A stretch of 64,000 nucleotides of DNA from a virus (IMGVR_UViG_3300027804_000057:1-64000); one strand, 5' to 3'. Shown: positions 11,737 through 22,817, counted from the stretch's first letter. Numbers and translations: made by a program. Notes: generated from the sequence alone by a model not told the origin.

Positions 11737-14700
11737 ATGCCAACGTCTACTATCCCAACAATTGCCAGAAGCGATACCATTGACCAGTGGAGAATCCAAA
11801 CCAACAAATCAGCAACAGATTTGAATGATTTGGGATTCTTCACATACGAGAAAGACCAAGGTCAATTACTCATTTCCAACACAGCAAATGTGTCTATTAC
11901 GGCATCAGGTACACCACTGTCTGTGGCAAACAATGTACTCTTTCAAAGTAACTTAACTCTTGCCAACAACATGTTTTTGGGTGTTGTTGGTGCGGCAACA
12001 GGTAACCTAATCTCTGGTGGAACAATTCGTATAACAGGTCCAGGAACAGCGTTAAACGTAGCCAATAACGTCTTGGTTGGTGCGGATGTTCAAGTTGTTA
12101 ACAATGTATATGTGCAGAACATTACTGCAAACGGCAACGTGTCAGTTACCCGAAATATTACAAGTGCGGGCATTTTGAGACTTTCTGGTTTGGCAAATGT
12201 AATGTATGTCAATACCGGTACGGCAACTATCAATCGTGTATTGAGCACTTACATGTATGCAGATGATGTGTTTACTGCAAACTTAACCGCTGCTGTGGCC
12301 ACAATTGGTGTATTGAATTATTTGCCATATGCAAACATTGGTACAATCGATAACAATCTATTGAATTCTAATGATATCAATTCAAACACATTAGATACAA
12401 CATATGGTAATGTTACTGTGTTGGTTGCAAGAACTTCTGCAAACTTAGTTACATTAACATCAAACGTTTCAACAATCAATAATGGCACTGTTCAGAATTT
12501 AGTTTCCACAAATTCAACAATTACAAATGGTACTGTGATTAATGGTAACGTTGTTACATTGTCATCTAATGTTGCCACAATTAATACATTAACTGCATTA
12601 GTTGGAACCACAATCACTGGCAATGTTGTGACACTTACCTCAAATGTTGCAACAGTTAATACTGGTACAATACAAACATTGTTGTCAAGTAATGCTAACG
12701 TTACGAATGCTTCAATTACATATTTGTCGTCTTCAAATACAATTACAGCCAACACATTAATTTCAAATAACATTGAAGTTTCCACTGCAAATGCTGCATG
12801 GATTAATGTGTCAAATAATTTGAGTGTTAAAACTGGTGGTGCAATTCGTGTTTATGCAAATACAGTAGAAGATGAAGTTTTGACTGTTGATGGTAAAACA
12901 ACTCTGCAAACAACATATATTCGTGGTAACATTGCCGTTGAAGGTACATGGACTGCGTTAGGTAACGTTGAGTATGAAGTTAGTGAATTTACGTTAAATG
13001 CAAACACACCAACAAATGCTGATGCAACAATTCGTAACAATCGTGTTGTTGGCACAGATGCTTTGATTCGTTGGGATGAAACAGATGACCAATGGAAAAT
13101 TTCTAAAGGTAATACATACTCAAGTTTGTATGGTATCTTGGATGCAAGTTTCTTAAATGCAACAGTAACGAGTAATAGTACCGCAAATGTTGCAACACCA
13201 AGTGCGGTTAAGGCTGCATATGATACCGCAGTTGTTGCTGGTGGTTATGGCAACAGTGCTTATACTTTGGCCAATACTGCCAATCAAACTGCAACATCAG
13301 CTTCTTCATATGCCAATGGTGCATTCACTGCCGCAAACACTGCAAATACATTTTTAATCATCACATCAGCAATTGTTGGTAATGTTGCAAATCTTGCTTT
13401 GAATTTGGCAACAACCGCAAATGCAAACTCCAATTTGGCATTCTTTCATGCTAATGCTGCTTTTACTTTAGCTAATACAGTTTCTGCTGGTTCGGTTGAT
13501 AATTTTGCAAGAGAAAATGGCAACAGTGCAAATACATTGGCTACAACTGCAAACAATAATGCAAGGTCCGCTGGTTCTTATGCCAACAGTGCATTTGAGG
13601 TAGCTAATACGGCATTAAATAATGCTTCAATTGCTTTCAATTTGGCAGAAACAGCAAACACTAATGCTGCGTTAGCTAACGTTGCAGCTGCTTCTGCAAA
13701 TACATTAGCTGGTAGTGCTTGGACATTAGCTAACGTTGCAAATACAACAGCAACATTAGCGACAACACTTGGCAATGGCGCATTACTAAAAACATCTGCA
13801 TCATCACAAACTATTGCCAGTGATTTAACAATTAATGGTGATGTAACGTTTCCAAATGCAAAACGATTAATTAGTTATAATGCTTTCATTTCTGGTGATA
13901 TTCGTGCGAATGGCAACTTCGTAGTAGTCAATAATGGATTGTTAGACACATCTGGTCCAACACAACCTGGTGGTATCAGAGTTAAACGTGGTACATCAAC
14001 TGACGCTTATATTAGATGGAATGAGAGTGTAAGTCCTCCAAGATGGCAATACAGTGATAACGCTGGTAACTTTACAGATTTTAATGCTGCAAGTTTATTG
14101 GCTTCAAAAGCAACTAACATTGCTGGTGGAAGTGGATTTAGAATTCCATATCAATCTGCAGCTGACACAACAACTTTTATTGATGCACCAAGTGTTGGTG
14201 ATAGATTCTTACAATGGACAGGTTCAGCATTTGCTTGGTCTTCAGTTACTCCTAATTTGACGAATTTGAGTGCAAGTAACTTAACTTCAGGTACAGTTCC
14301 ATCAGCCAGAATGTCTGGTTCTTATGCAATTGATATTAGCGGTAAGGCATCAACAGCTGGCAATGCTGATACTGTTAGTAATGGTGTTTATACAACTCAG
14401 AGTTATTCTAATCCATCTTTTATTTCAAGTTTAGCATATAGTAAATTAACTGGTGCACCAACTATACCAACAAATACAAATCAGTTAACTAACGGTGCTG
14501 GATTTGTTACCGGCACTCCATGGACTTCATACGGTTATTTAACATCGGCTGTCACATCAGTATCAACAGGAAATGGTTTGAGTGGTTCAATTACTTCCAC
14601 TGGCACATTAACTATGAGTGGTTCTTACACCGGCACCTTTTCGGTTACTGGTTCAATCACTTCTAGTGGTAATGTTACTGCTTTCTCTGATAGAAAACTT

Positions 14701-14967
14701 AAAGATAACCTTGAGAAAATTGGTGATGCTCTTGCAAAAGTTAGACAAATTACTGGTTATACATATAACAGAAAAGACCTCTCCGATAAAGCAAAGAGAC
14801 ATACTGGTGTTATCGCTCAAGATGTTGAAGTAGTTTTACCTGAAGCTGTTGAAGAACACAATGGAATTAAAGGTGTTGCTTATGGTAATATGATGGGACT
14901 AGTTTTTGAAGCTATTAAAGAGTTAGACGATAAATTAGAGGAAATCAAGAAACAACTGAACAAATAA
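11737..14967 (+). CDS. Tail fibre protein with C-terminal intramolecular chaperone (peptidase S74-like)
   Basis: N-terminal DTIDQWRIQTN baseplate-anchor-like motif, beta repeats (GNVVTL.SNVAT), A-N-x-A-Y heptads, and a C-terminal SDRKLKDN...GYTYNR...GVIAQDVE.VLPEAV...VAYGNM.GLVFEAIKEL chaperone motif. Confidence 0.8.
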   Translation: MPTSTIPTIARSDTIDQWRIQTNKSATDLNDLGFFTYEKDQGQLLISNTANVSITASGTPLSVANNVLFQSNLTLANNMFLGVVGAATGNLISGGTIRITGPGTALNVANNVLVGADVQVVNNVYVQNITANGNVSVTRNITSAGILRLSGLANVMYVNTGTATINRVLSTYMYADDVFTANLTAAVATIGVLNYLPYANIGTIDNNLLNSNDINSNTLDTTYGNVTVLVARTSANLVTLTSNVSTINNGTVQNLVSTNSTITNGTVINGNVVTLSSNVATINTLTALVGTTITGNVVTLTSNVATVNTGTIQTLLSSNANVTNASITYLSSSNTITANTLISNNIEVSTANAAWINVSNNLSVKTGGAIRVYANTVEDEVLTVDGKTTLQTTYIRGNIAVEGTWTALGNVEYEVSEFTLNANTPTNADATIRNNRVVGTDALIRWDETDDQWKISKGNTYSSLYGILDASFLNATVTSNSTANVATPSAVKAAYDTAVVAGGYGNSAYTLANTANQTATSASSYANGAFTAANTANTFLIITSAIVGNVANLALNLATTANANSNLAFFHANAAFTLANTVSAGSVDNFARENGNSANTLATTANNNARSAGSYANSAFEVANTALNNASIAFNLAETANTNAALANVAAASANTLAGSAWTLANVANTTATLATTLGNGALLKTSASSQTIASDLTINGDVTFPNAKRLISYNAFISGDIRANGNFVVVNNGLLDTSGPTQPGGIRVKRGTSTDAYIRWNESVSPPRWQYSDNAGNFTDFNAASLLASKATNIAGGSGFRIPYQSAADTTTFIDAPSVGDRFLQWTGSAFAWSSVTPNLTNLSASNLTSGTVPSARMSGSYAIDISGKASTAGNADTVSNGVYTTQSYSNPSFISSLAYSKLTGAPTIPTNTNQLTNGAGFVTGTPWTSYGYLTSAVTSVSTGNGLSGSITSTGTLTMSGSYTGTFSVTGSITSSGNVTAFSDRKLKDNLEKIGDALAKVRQITGYTYNRKDLSDKAKRHTGVIAQDVEVVLPEAVEEHNGIKGVAYGNMMGLVFEAIKELDDKLEEIKKQLNK

Positions 14968-14989
14968 AACTTATTGTGCCCCTATTCAT

Positions 14990-14997
14990 TATAAATA
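14990..14997 (+). promoter_or_regulatory. T4-type late promoter TATAAATA
   Basis: Exact consensus, intergenic, upstream of an AAGGAG SD and the GTG at 15019. Confidence 0.75.
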
Positions 14998-15018
14998 AGT
15001 AAAAGTAAGGAGTTTCTT

Positions 15019-15351
15019 GTGGCTGAATTTGTAGAACTAACCATCGATCAAGGTGCAACATTTAATACTGTCATTACTGTCAATGACGGTACCGGCGTAG
15101 GTCAAAACCTTGTTGGTTATGTTGCTCGGTCACAAATGAGGAAATCATATTATTCCTCTTCAAAAAGTTCATTTAATGTAACGGTTTCAACACCAAATAT
15201 TGGTGAAATCACCATGGCCATGACTGCAGCCAATACTGCAAATCTTACGCCTGGTAGATATGTTTATGATGTGGAAATTGATGATGGTGCCGGAGAAGTC
15301 ACCAGAATTTTTGAAGGTATCATAACCGTTCTACCTAACGTAACGAGATAA
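15019..15351 (+). CDS. Small virion/baseplate-associated protein (possibly BppU-like beta sandwich)
   Basis: ELTIDQGATF...A.SQMRKSY...T.NL.PGRYVYDVEI...RIFEGIITV.P.VTR pattern; GTG start with SD. Confidence 0.6.
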   Translation: MAEFVELTIDQGATFNTVITVNDGTGVGQNLVGYVARSQMRKSYYSSSKSSFNVTVSTPNIGEITMAMTAANTANLTPGRYVYDVEIDDGAGEVTRIFEGIITVLPNVTR

Positions 15352-15353
15352 AA

Positions 15354-15554
15354 ATGGCAATACAAGTACAAGTAAAACCACAAAAAACAACCATTTCATC
15401 TGTAACAGTTGCACGAACAGCAAATATCAATTTGTCACAGTTAAACAACGTTGAAACACAAGGTGCCTTAGATGGCCAAGTGTTGACATATGAAGCTGGT
15501 TCAGGAAAATATGTTGTCAAGGATGTTCCCACAGTTAGAGGCGGTACATTCTAA
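15354..15554 (+). CDS. Small hypothetical fibre-associated protein (66 aa)
   Basis: L.QLNNV..GALDGQVL.Y and C-terminal GGTF resemble short fibre-associated peptides; tightly packed between + strand genes. Confidence 0.55.
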   Translation: MAIQVQVKPQKTTISSVTVARTANINLSQLNNVETQGALDGQVLTYEAGSGKYVVKDVPTVRGGTF

Positions 15555-18500
15555 GTGTCAACGATAATCATAACCAAATATTCGGTATCTAATACCGAAC
15601 CAACTCCGGGTCAACTCGATACAGGTGAGTTTGCGTATTCCTTTGTTTCCGATAAGATGTTTATTGGTAATGCAAATGGTTCTTTTGATATTATTGGTGG
15701 TAAACACTATATTGATTTAATCGATGAACGTACTAGCAATGTAAGTGCTAATACTCTTGTTAAACGTGACGCAAATGGGAACATTAGTGCTAATACATTT
15801 ATTGGTAATTTACGAGGTACTGCAAACACTGCGAATACATTTGCAAGTCCAGTTCACTTAAATTTTTCTGGTGACTTGAGTGGTAATGTTATAGTTGGTG
15901 ATGGAGATGAATATCCAGCAGTAGACATTTATTTAACTGACATTATTACTGGTGGAATTTATGGTAATGCCACTCATATACCAATTATTTCTGTTGCTTC
16001 TTCTGGTAGAGTTATCAATGTTAACACAGTACAAATTACAACACAAGATAGTTTTGACAAAGCAAATTCAGCTGCCAATACGGCAAATGCCGCTTTTGCG
16101 GCTGCCAATGTTTTAAATCCAACCAGTGTACTAACAATATCCAATACAGCCAATGCAGCATTGGCTTTGGCAAATTCTTCTTATATACATGTTAACAGTG
16201 TATATGATTTAGCAAACACAATTAACACCAACGCATTATCTGCCGGTGTTTATGCTAATGCAGCTTTCTTGGCTGCAAACAATGCAGTTGATCCTTGGGT
16301 ACGTGCGGCCGCTAATAGTGCAAGTTCTTATGCTAATGGTGCTTTTGCAGCTGCCAATCTATCTGCAAATATTGCGGCAACAGCCAACACACAAGCAAAT
16401 CTTGCTTTCAATACGGCACAAGAAACATCAAATTTAGTAATATCTTTATCAAATACGATATCGATTGTTTCAAATTCAGCAACGCTGGCATACAACACCG
16501 CACAAAATAGTGCGACTGATATTGTTAATGCTGGTTCATATGCCAACTCTGCGTATCTACATGCTAATGCAGCCTTTGCAAATTCAAATACAAAACTATC
16601 TACAACTGGTGGCACAATTGCTGGCAGTTTAGTTGTTACAGGTAATTTAACTGTATCTGGTAATTTAACTTACGTTGATTCGAATCAGTTAAACATTGGT
16701 GATAACATCATCACACTCAATGCTGATTTAGGTCAGTCTGCAACACCAACACAAAATGCAGGTATTGAGATTGAACGTGGTATTGAACCAAATGCAGCTA
16801 TTACTTGGGATGAAACTGGTAATAGATGGTTATACAGTGATGGCAATAACGCTATTCAAATTGGTGCCGCAAGTGATGGTGACTATGCCAACTCAGCATA
16901 CTTACAAGCTAATGCGGCATTTGCTGTTGGTTCTGTTGTAACAATTCACGCAGAAGCGGCTTTCGCTAGAGCTAATCTTGCTAACAATAGAGCAGTTGTT
17001 TCTGGTAACTATGCTAACGCTGCATACACTCAAGCAAATACTCCGAGCTTTGTTGCTAACTCAGCTTGGTCACACGCTAATGCAGCTTTTGAGGCTGCAA
17101 ATACTTTAAGTCCTACATTTTCTCAAGCGGCTTTCAACCAAGCAAATACTGCAAATACAATTGCGGCCACGGCTGACCAACGTGCTATAACTTCTGGTTC
17201 ATATGCTAATTCAGCATTTATAAAAGCAAATACAGTAACGTTAGCTTACAATCACGCAAATGCTGCTTTTATTCAAGCAAATACTGGTGTACAGTCTTCA
17301 CAATTTGCAAATGCGGCTTTTTCTCAGGCTAATACTGCAACATTAATTGGTTTGGCTGCATACGCAAAAGCAAACTCAGTTATTGATTTAGCAACAGGTA
17401 TTCAAGCTCTAAACCACGCCAATGGTGCTTTTGATGCAGCTAATATATCATTCACTATTGCAACTAGTGCTTTTGCATATGCTAATAGTTTGTCAGTTAC
17501 TGCTGTTGATACATTCGCTAGAACACATACAAATTCAGCATTCGAAAATGCAAACACAGTTGGTCGTTATGCAAATGCGGCTTATGTTCAAGCCAATTCT
17601 GCAACATCTGCAGCTTCTCAAGCAGACCAACGTGCTGTTACTTCTGGTGATTACGCAAACTCTGCTTTTATTACTGCCAACACAAAACTGTCTGCATCTG
17701 GTGGCACTGTATCTGGTGATTTGACAGTTTCTGGTAACTTAACTATTAATGGTACTACTGCAAGATTTAGTGTGCCAACGTTGACTGTTGAAGATTCTAT
17801 CATTGACATTAGCGCAGAAACAATTGGAACACCAACACAAAACTCCGGTATTCGTGTTATTCGTGGTGATGAAAATCCAGTATTGCTTCGTTGGAATGAA
17901 TTAGTAAAATCTTGGCAATATACAAATGATGGTGTTTTATACTCAAACATTTCATCTTCAGCCGCAGAGTCATATGCTAACGTTGCATATTTACATGCTA
18001 ATGCGGCTTTTATTCAAGCTAATACTCCTAGTCATACTGCCAACTCTGCTTCTGTTTATGCCAATGCGGCATATAATCAAGCAAACGTAACGACTTTACA
18101 TGCTAATGCCAGTTATATACAGGCAAATACTGGAACACAGTATGCACAGTCAGCTGGTGTTTATGCCAATGCAGCTTTTGAAGCTGCTAACACAGCAGAC
18201 CAAAAAGGTGTAAGTGCTGGTTCATACGCTAATGCAGCTTTTGCATATGCTAACGTCATCGCATCTGGTTCAACTACTGCGGCATGGAATCACGCTAACT
18301 CAGCATATGACCATGCTAATACTAAGTTTGCTTCTGCAGGTGGTACAATTTCTGGTGACGTATCTGTTACTGGTAATTTCACTGTTTCGGGAACAACAAG
18401 TTACATAAACACAGAACAAGTTAATATTGCTGATAATATTATTAACTTAAATTCTGACGTTGGCCAGTTTGATTTACCTTCACAGAGTGCTGGTATTTCT

Positions 18501-21500
18501 GTTGAACGTGGTTCTTCTGCGAATGTTGCATTGTTGTGGAATGAAGTAACCGATAAGTGGACATTTACAAATAACGGATCCAACTATTTAAATATTGGAA
18601 CTGATGCAGCTGAGTCTTATGCTAATGGTGCTTTCGCACAAGCAAACACTGCCAACACTAATGCGGCAACTGCTGACCAACGAGCTGTTACTAGTGGTGA
18701 TTATGCTAATGCAGCTTACACACAAGCAAACACTGCTACAACTAATGCAGCTACTGCTGACCAAAGAGCTCTTACATCTGGTTCATATGCTAACTCTGCA
18801 TACACATTAGCTAATACTGCTGACCAAAGAGCTGTTACATCTGGTGATTATGCTAACTCATCTTTTAATGCGGCCAATACTGCAGATCAAAAGGCAGTAT
18901 CTGCTGGTTCTTATGCTAACTCTGCTTACTTACATGCTAATGCTTCTTTTGTTGCAACAAACACAACAAATCAACAATCAGTAACTTCCGGTTCTTACGC
19001 TAATTCTGCTTACAGTCAAGCAAACACCGCTACAACAAATGCCGCAACGGCCGACCAACGTGCCGTAACATCTGGTGTATATGCTAATGTTGGATACACT
19101 CACGCCAATGCGGCGTTTGTTGCAGCTAATACTGCTGACCAAAGAGCTGTTACATCTGGTGATTATGCCAATTCTGCATACGTTCAAGCAAATACTGGAA
19201 CACAGTATGCAACATCCGCTGGTTCATATGCTAACTCTGCATACACTAATTCCAATGTAGCAAGTCAACGTGCAGTAACATCTGGTGCATACGCTAACGC
19301 AGCTTACACTCAAGCAAATACTGGAACACAGTATGCAACAAGTGCTGGTGTATACGCTAATGCAGCTTTTGACCACGCCAATACTAAATTTGCTTCTGCT
19401 GGTGGTTCAATTACTGGTGACGTTGATATTACAGGTAACTTAAACGTTTCTGGTTCAACAACATATTTAAATACACAACAACTTAATATTGGCGACAATA
19501 TTATTAATTTGAATGCTGACTTACCACAATTAAGTTTGCCTTCTGAGAGTGCAGGTATTTCTGTTGAACGTGGTGTATCTGCAAACGTATTAATTTTGTG
19601 GAATGAAACTACAGACAGATGGACATTCACAAACGATGGCACAAACTATCGTAACATTGGTTCTGATTCTGGCGAGACATATGCAAATGCTGCTTTCTCA
19701 CAAGCAAACACTGGTACAGAAATTGCACTTACTGCTGGTGATTATGCCAACTCGGCATTCTTAGCCGCAAACGTTGCTGACCAAAAAGCAGTATCTGCCG
19801 GTTCATATGCCAACTCAGCGTACACTAATTCTAACGTTGCAAGTCAGAGAGCTGTTACATCTGGTTTATATGCCAATTCGGCTTATTTACATGCTAATGC
19901 GGCTTACATTCAGGCTAATACTCCAAGTTTTACGGCCAATTCTGCCAGTTCATATGCCAATGGTGCGTTTGATGCCGCAAATACGGCCGATCAGAAAGCA
20001 GTTTCTGCTGGTGTTTATGCTAATACTGCTTACTTACATGTCAATTCTGCATTCACATTATCAAATACTGCAAACCAAACTGCAACAGCCGCAAGTTCTT
20101 ATGCCAATTCTGCATATAACTTAGCAAATACAATTGCTTCTGGTTCAGCAGCTGGTGCTTACTTACACGCTAATGCTGCTTATGTTCAGGCAAATACTGC
20201 ATATGATGATGCAACAGCTGCAGGTTCATATGCTAATTCTGCTTATACATTATCCAACACCGCAAATCAGAGAGCTCTGACTGCAGGTTCATACGCTAAC
20301 TCTGCATATGTTCAAGCAAATACTGGTACTCAATATGCACAAGCCGCAGGTGACTATGCCAACTCAGCATACTTACATGCAAATGGTTCTTTCATTGCTG
20401 CAAATACTGCCGATCAAAAAGCAGTATCTGCTGGATCTTATGCCAACTCAGCATATACATTATCTAATACTGCAAATCAAACTTCTATTTCTGGTAGTTC
20501 TTATGCCAATAGTGCTTTTGTTGCGGCTAATACAGCTGACCAAAAGGCAGTATCAGCAGGTCTATATGCTAATTCAGCATATGCATTAGCTAATACATTA
20601 GTATCTGGTTCAATTGATGGATATGCAAGACCACATTCTAATAGTGCTTTTGATGCAGCTAATACCGCTGACCAAAGAGCAGTAACTAGTGGTTCATATG
20701 CTAACTCTGCATATGCATTAGCTAATACAAAATACTCAGCTTCTGGTGGTACAATCTCTGGTGATGTAACAGTTACTGGTAACTTGATAGTTTCTGGTAA
20801 TGTTGTAACGATTAGTGCAACAAACCTAAGCGTTGAAGATAACATGATTTATCTTAACGCTAACAATACTGTTGCTAATCCTGATATTGGTATTGCTGGT
20901 AACTACAACGATGGCACTTACCATCATACTGGTGTCTTTAGAGATGCATCAGATGGAACTTGGAAATTCTACTATAACTACTCTCCAGAACCAGATGCAT
21001 CACCATACATTGATACATCACATGCTACATTTAGAATTGCTAATCTAACTGCAAATCTAATTACAGATGTGGCGTTTATTCGTGGTTTTGATCCGATATC
21101 TTATACATCTGGTGCATATGACGTTGCGAATGCTGCTTCATCATATGCTAACAGTGGTTTTGTAAAAGCTAATACTGCTGACCAAAGAGCTGTTACATCT
21201 GGTGATTATGCGAATTCTGCATACACACAGGCCAATACAGGTACTCAATATGCGACAAGTGCAGGTGTATATGCCAATACAGCATATCTACATGCCAACG
21301 CAGCTTATATTGCAACAAATACTGCAACGCAATTTTCACAATCTTCAGGTGCATTCGCTAATGCAGCTTACGCAGCCGCAAACACCGCAGACCAGAAAGC
21401 AGTTTCAGCTGGTGTATATGCCAATGCAGCTTTCAGTAAGGCAAATACTGGTGTAACTGATGCCGCTACGGCAGATCAAAAGGCAGTGTCTGCTGGTGAA

Positions 21501-22463
21501 TATGCAAACGCATCTTATATCCAAGCAAATACTGCAACAACAGATGCTGCTCAAGCTGACCAACGAGCTGTTACTTCTGGTGTCTATGCCAACGCTTCTT
21601 ATATTATTGCTAACACTGCCAATCAACGTGCAGTAACTTCTGGTGTATATGCGAATTCAGCTTACTTACACGCTAATGCCAGTTTTGTTCAAGCCAATAC
21701 TGCAGATCAGAGAGCTCTAACTGCTGGTGATTATGCAAATGCCGCATTTACTCAGGCCAATACAGCAACATCTGATGCCGCAACTGCAGATGGTAAAGCA
21801 CTCACTGCAGGTTTCTTTGCGAATGCTGCATTTGGTAGAGCTAATACTGCAAACACTAATGCTGCAACTGCTGACCTAAAAGCAGTAATTTCTGGACTAT
21901 TTGCCAATGGTGCATATGGTGCCGCAAATACAGCTTATGTACATGCCAATTCTGCTTACGAATTAGCAAATACTTTAATATCAACTTCTGTTGATTCATA
22001 CGCAAGACCACATGCTAATGCAGCTTATGTTGCGGCTAATACGGCAGATCAGAAAGCAGTCTCTGCTGGTGTATATGCCAACGCAGCTTATGTTCAAGCA
22101 AACACAGGAACACAATATGCAACGAGTGCTGGCTCTTATGCTAACTCTGCATACTCACAGGCAAATACTGCAACATCTAATGCTGGTGCCGCTCAGAGTG
22201 ATGCTACATTGGCTGGTATTTTGGCAGCTGCAGCTTACAATCAAGCAAACACACTTACTGGTTTTGTGGCCAGTGCGTCTTCTTATGCCAATGGTGCATT
22301 TGCGGCCGCAAACACCGCAGATGCAAAATCTGTAATTTCAGGAGGTTACGCCAATTCAGCTTACAGTCAAGCAAATACGGGCACTATACTTGCACAGGCA
22401 GCATATAATTCTGCCAACACAATTATAGCAGATTCTCTGGCATTCTCAATTGCACTCGGATAA
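15555..22463 (+). CDS. Giant fibre-like protein A (2302 aa), Ala/Asn heptad coiled coil with interspersed beta knob modules
   Basis: GTG start. N-terminal P.PGQLD.GEFAY...DKMFIG fibre-attachment-like motif, long runs of A-N-x-A-Y/F heptads, four type-A and one type-B knob modules, C-terminal AFSIALG. Confidence 0.75.
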   Translation: MSTIIITKYSVSNTEPTPGQLDTGEFAYSFVSDKMFIGNANGSFDIIGGKHYIDLIDERTSNVSANTLVKRDANGNISANTFIGNLRGTANTANTFASPVHLNFSGDLSGNVIVGDGDEYPAVDIYLTDIITGGIYGNATHIPIISVASSGRVINVNTVQITTQDSFDKANSAANTANAAFAAANVLNPTSVLTISNTANAALALANSSYIHVNSVYDLANTINTNALSAGVYANAAFLAANNAVDPWVRAAANSASSYANGAFAAANLSANIAATANTQANLAFNTAQETSNLVISLSNTISIVSNSATLAYNTAQNSATDIVNAGSYANSAYLHANAAFANSNTKLSTTGGTIAGSLVVTGNLTVSGNLTYVDSNQLNIGDNIITLNADLGQSATPTQNAGIEIERGIEPNAAITWDETGNRWLYSDGNNAIQIGAASDGDYANSAYLQANAAFAVGSVVTIHAEAAFARANLANNRAVVSGNYANAAYTQANTPSFVANSAWSHANAAFEAANTLSPTFSQAAFNQANTANTIAATADQRAITSGSYANSAFIKANTVTLAYNHANAAFIQANTGVQSSQFANAAFSQANTATLIGLAAYAKANSVIDLATGIQALNHANGAFDAANISFTIATSAFAYANSLSVTAVDTFARTHTNSAFENANTVGRYANAAYVQANSATSAASQADQRAVTSGDYANSAFITANTKLSASGGTVSGDLTVSGNLTINGTTARFSVPTLTVEDSIIDISAETIGTPTQNSGIRVIRGDENPVLLRWNELVKSWQYTNDGVLYSNISSSAAESYANVAYLHANAAFIQANTPSHTANSASVYANAAYNQANVTTLHANASYIQANTGTQYAQSAGVYANAAFEAANTADQKGVSAGSYANAAFAYANVIASGSTTAAWNHANSAYDHANTKFASAGGTISGDVSVTGNFTVSGTTSYINTEQVNIADNIINLNSDVGQFDLPSQSAGISVERGSSANVALLWNEVTDKWTFTNNGSNYLNIGTDAAESYANGAFAQANTANTNAATADQRAVTSGDYANAAYTQANTATTNAATADQRALTSGSYANSAYTLANTADQRAVTSGDYANSSFNAANTADQKAVSAGSYANSAYLHANASFVATNTTNQQSVTSGSYANSAYSQANTATTNAATADQRAVTSGVYANVGYTHANAAFVAANTADQRAVTSGDYANSAYVQANTGTQYATSAGSYANSAYTNSNVASQRAVTSGAYANAAYTQANTGTQYATSAGVYANAAFDHANTKFASAGGSITGDVDITGNLNVSGSTTYLNTQQLNIGDNIINLNADLPQLSLPSESAGISVERGVSANVLILWNETTDRWTFTNDGTNYRNIGSDSGETYANAAFSQANTGTEIALTAGDYANSAFLAANVADQKAVSAGSYANSAYTNSNVASQRAVTSGLYANSAYLHANAAYIQANTPSFTANSASSYANGAFDAANTADQKAVSAGVYANTAYLHVNSAFTLSNTANQTATAASSYANSAYNLANTIASGSAAGAYLHANAAYVQANTAYDDATAAGSYANSAYTLSNTANQRALTAGSYANSAYVQANTGTQYAQAAGDYANSAYLHANGSFIAANTADQKAVSAGSYANSAYTLSNTANQTSISGSSYANSAFVAANTADQKAVSAGLYANSAYALANTLVSGSIDGYARPHSNSAFDAANTADQRAVTSGSYANSAYALANTKYSASGGTISGDVTVTGNLIVSGNVVTISATNLSVEDNMIYLNANNTVANPDIGIAGNYNDGTYHHTGVFRDASDGTWKFYYNYSPEPDASPYIDTSHATFRIANLTANLITDVAFIRGFDPISYTSGAYDVANAASSYANSGFVKANTADQRAVTSGDYANSAYTQANTGTQYATSAGVYANTAYLHANAAYIATNTATQFSQSSGAFANAAYAAANTADQKAVSAGVYANAAFSKANTGVTDAATADQKAVSAGEYANASYIQANTATTDAAQADQRAVTSGVYANASYIIANTANQRAVTSGVYANSAYLHANASFVQANTADQRALTAGDYANAAFTQANTATSDAATADGKALTAGFFANAAFGRANTANTNAATADLKAVISGLFANGAYGAANTAYVHANSAYELANTLISTSVDSYARPHANAAYVAANTADQKAVSAGVYANAAYVQANTGTQYATSAGSYANSAYSQANTATSNAGAAQSDATLAGILAAAAYNQANTLTGFVASASSYANGAFAAANTADAKSVISGGYANSAYSQANTGTILAQAAYNSANTIIADSLAFSIALG

Positions 22464-22466
22464 ATA
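22459..22466 (+). promoter_or_regulatory. Putative late promoter GATAAATA overlapping the fibre A stop codon
   Basis: 7/8 match to consensus, 20 nt upstream of the ATG at 22487. Confidence 0.5.
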
Positions 22467-22486
22467 AATTATTCAAGAGGTTATAC

Positions 22487-22813
22487 ATGGCAAACAGTTT
22501 TAAAAATAGTTTAGTACAAGCAGTTGGAACAGCAGCAGTTAACGTATATGCATCTGGCATTGGCGTACAATCTACTGTTATTGGTTTTACAATATCAAAT
22601 GTAACATCGGCCGACATTACTGCAAATGTAACAGTACATTCTGGTGGTAATACTTCATATATGGTCAAACAAGCAACAATCGAACCTGGTAGTTCCATGG
22701 TTCCTGTTGGTCAACTACAAAAATTAGTATTAACTAATGGTGATTATATAAGAGTTCAAACCAACACACCATCATCAGCAGATGTTATTCTAAGTGTGCT
22801 TGAAATAAGTTAA
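22487..22813 (+). CDS. Small beta-rich fibre adaptor-like protein (108 aa)
   Basis: Pattern I.NV...TANV.V...MVK.ATIEPGSS...KLVL.NGD.IRV...DVILSVLEIS is shared with 31518..31877 and the C-terminus of 36988..38862. Confidence 0.65.
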   Translation: MANSFKNSLVQAVGTAAVNVYASGIGVQSTVIGFTISNVTSADITANVTVHSGGNTSYMVKQATIEPGSSMVPVGQLQKLVLTNGDYIRVQTNTPSSADVILSVLEIS

Positions 22814-22817
22814 AGAC

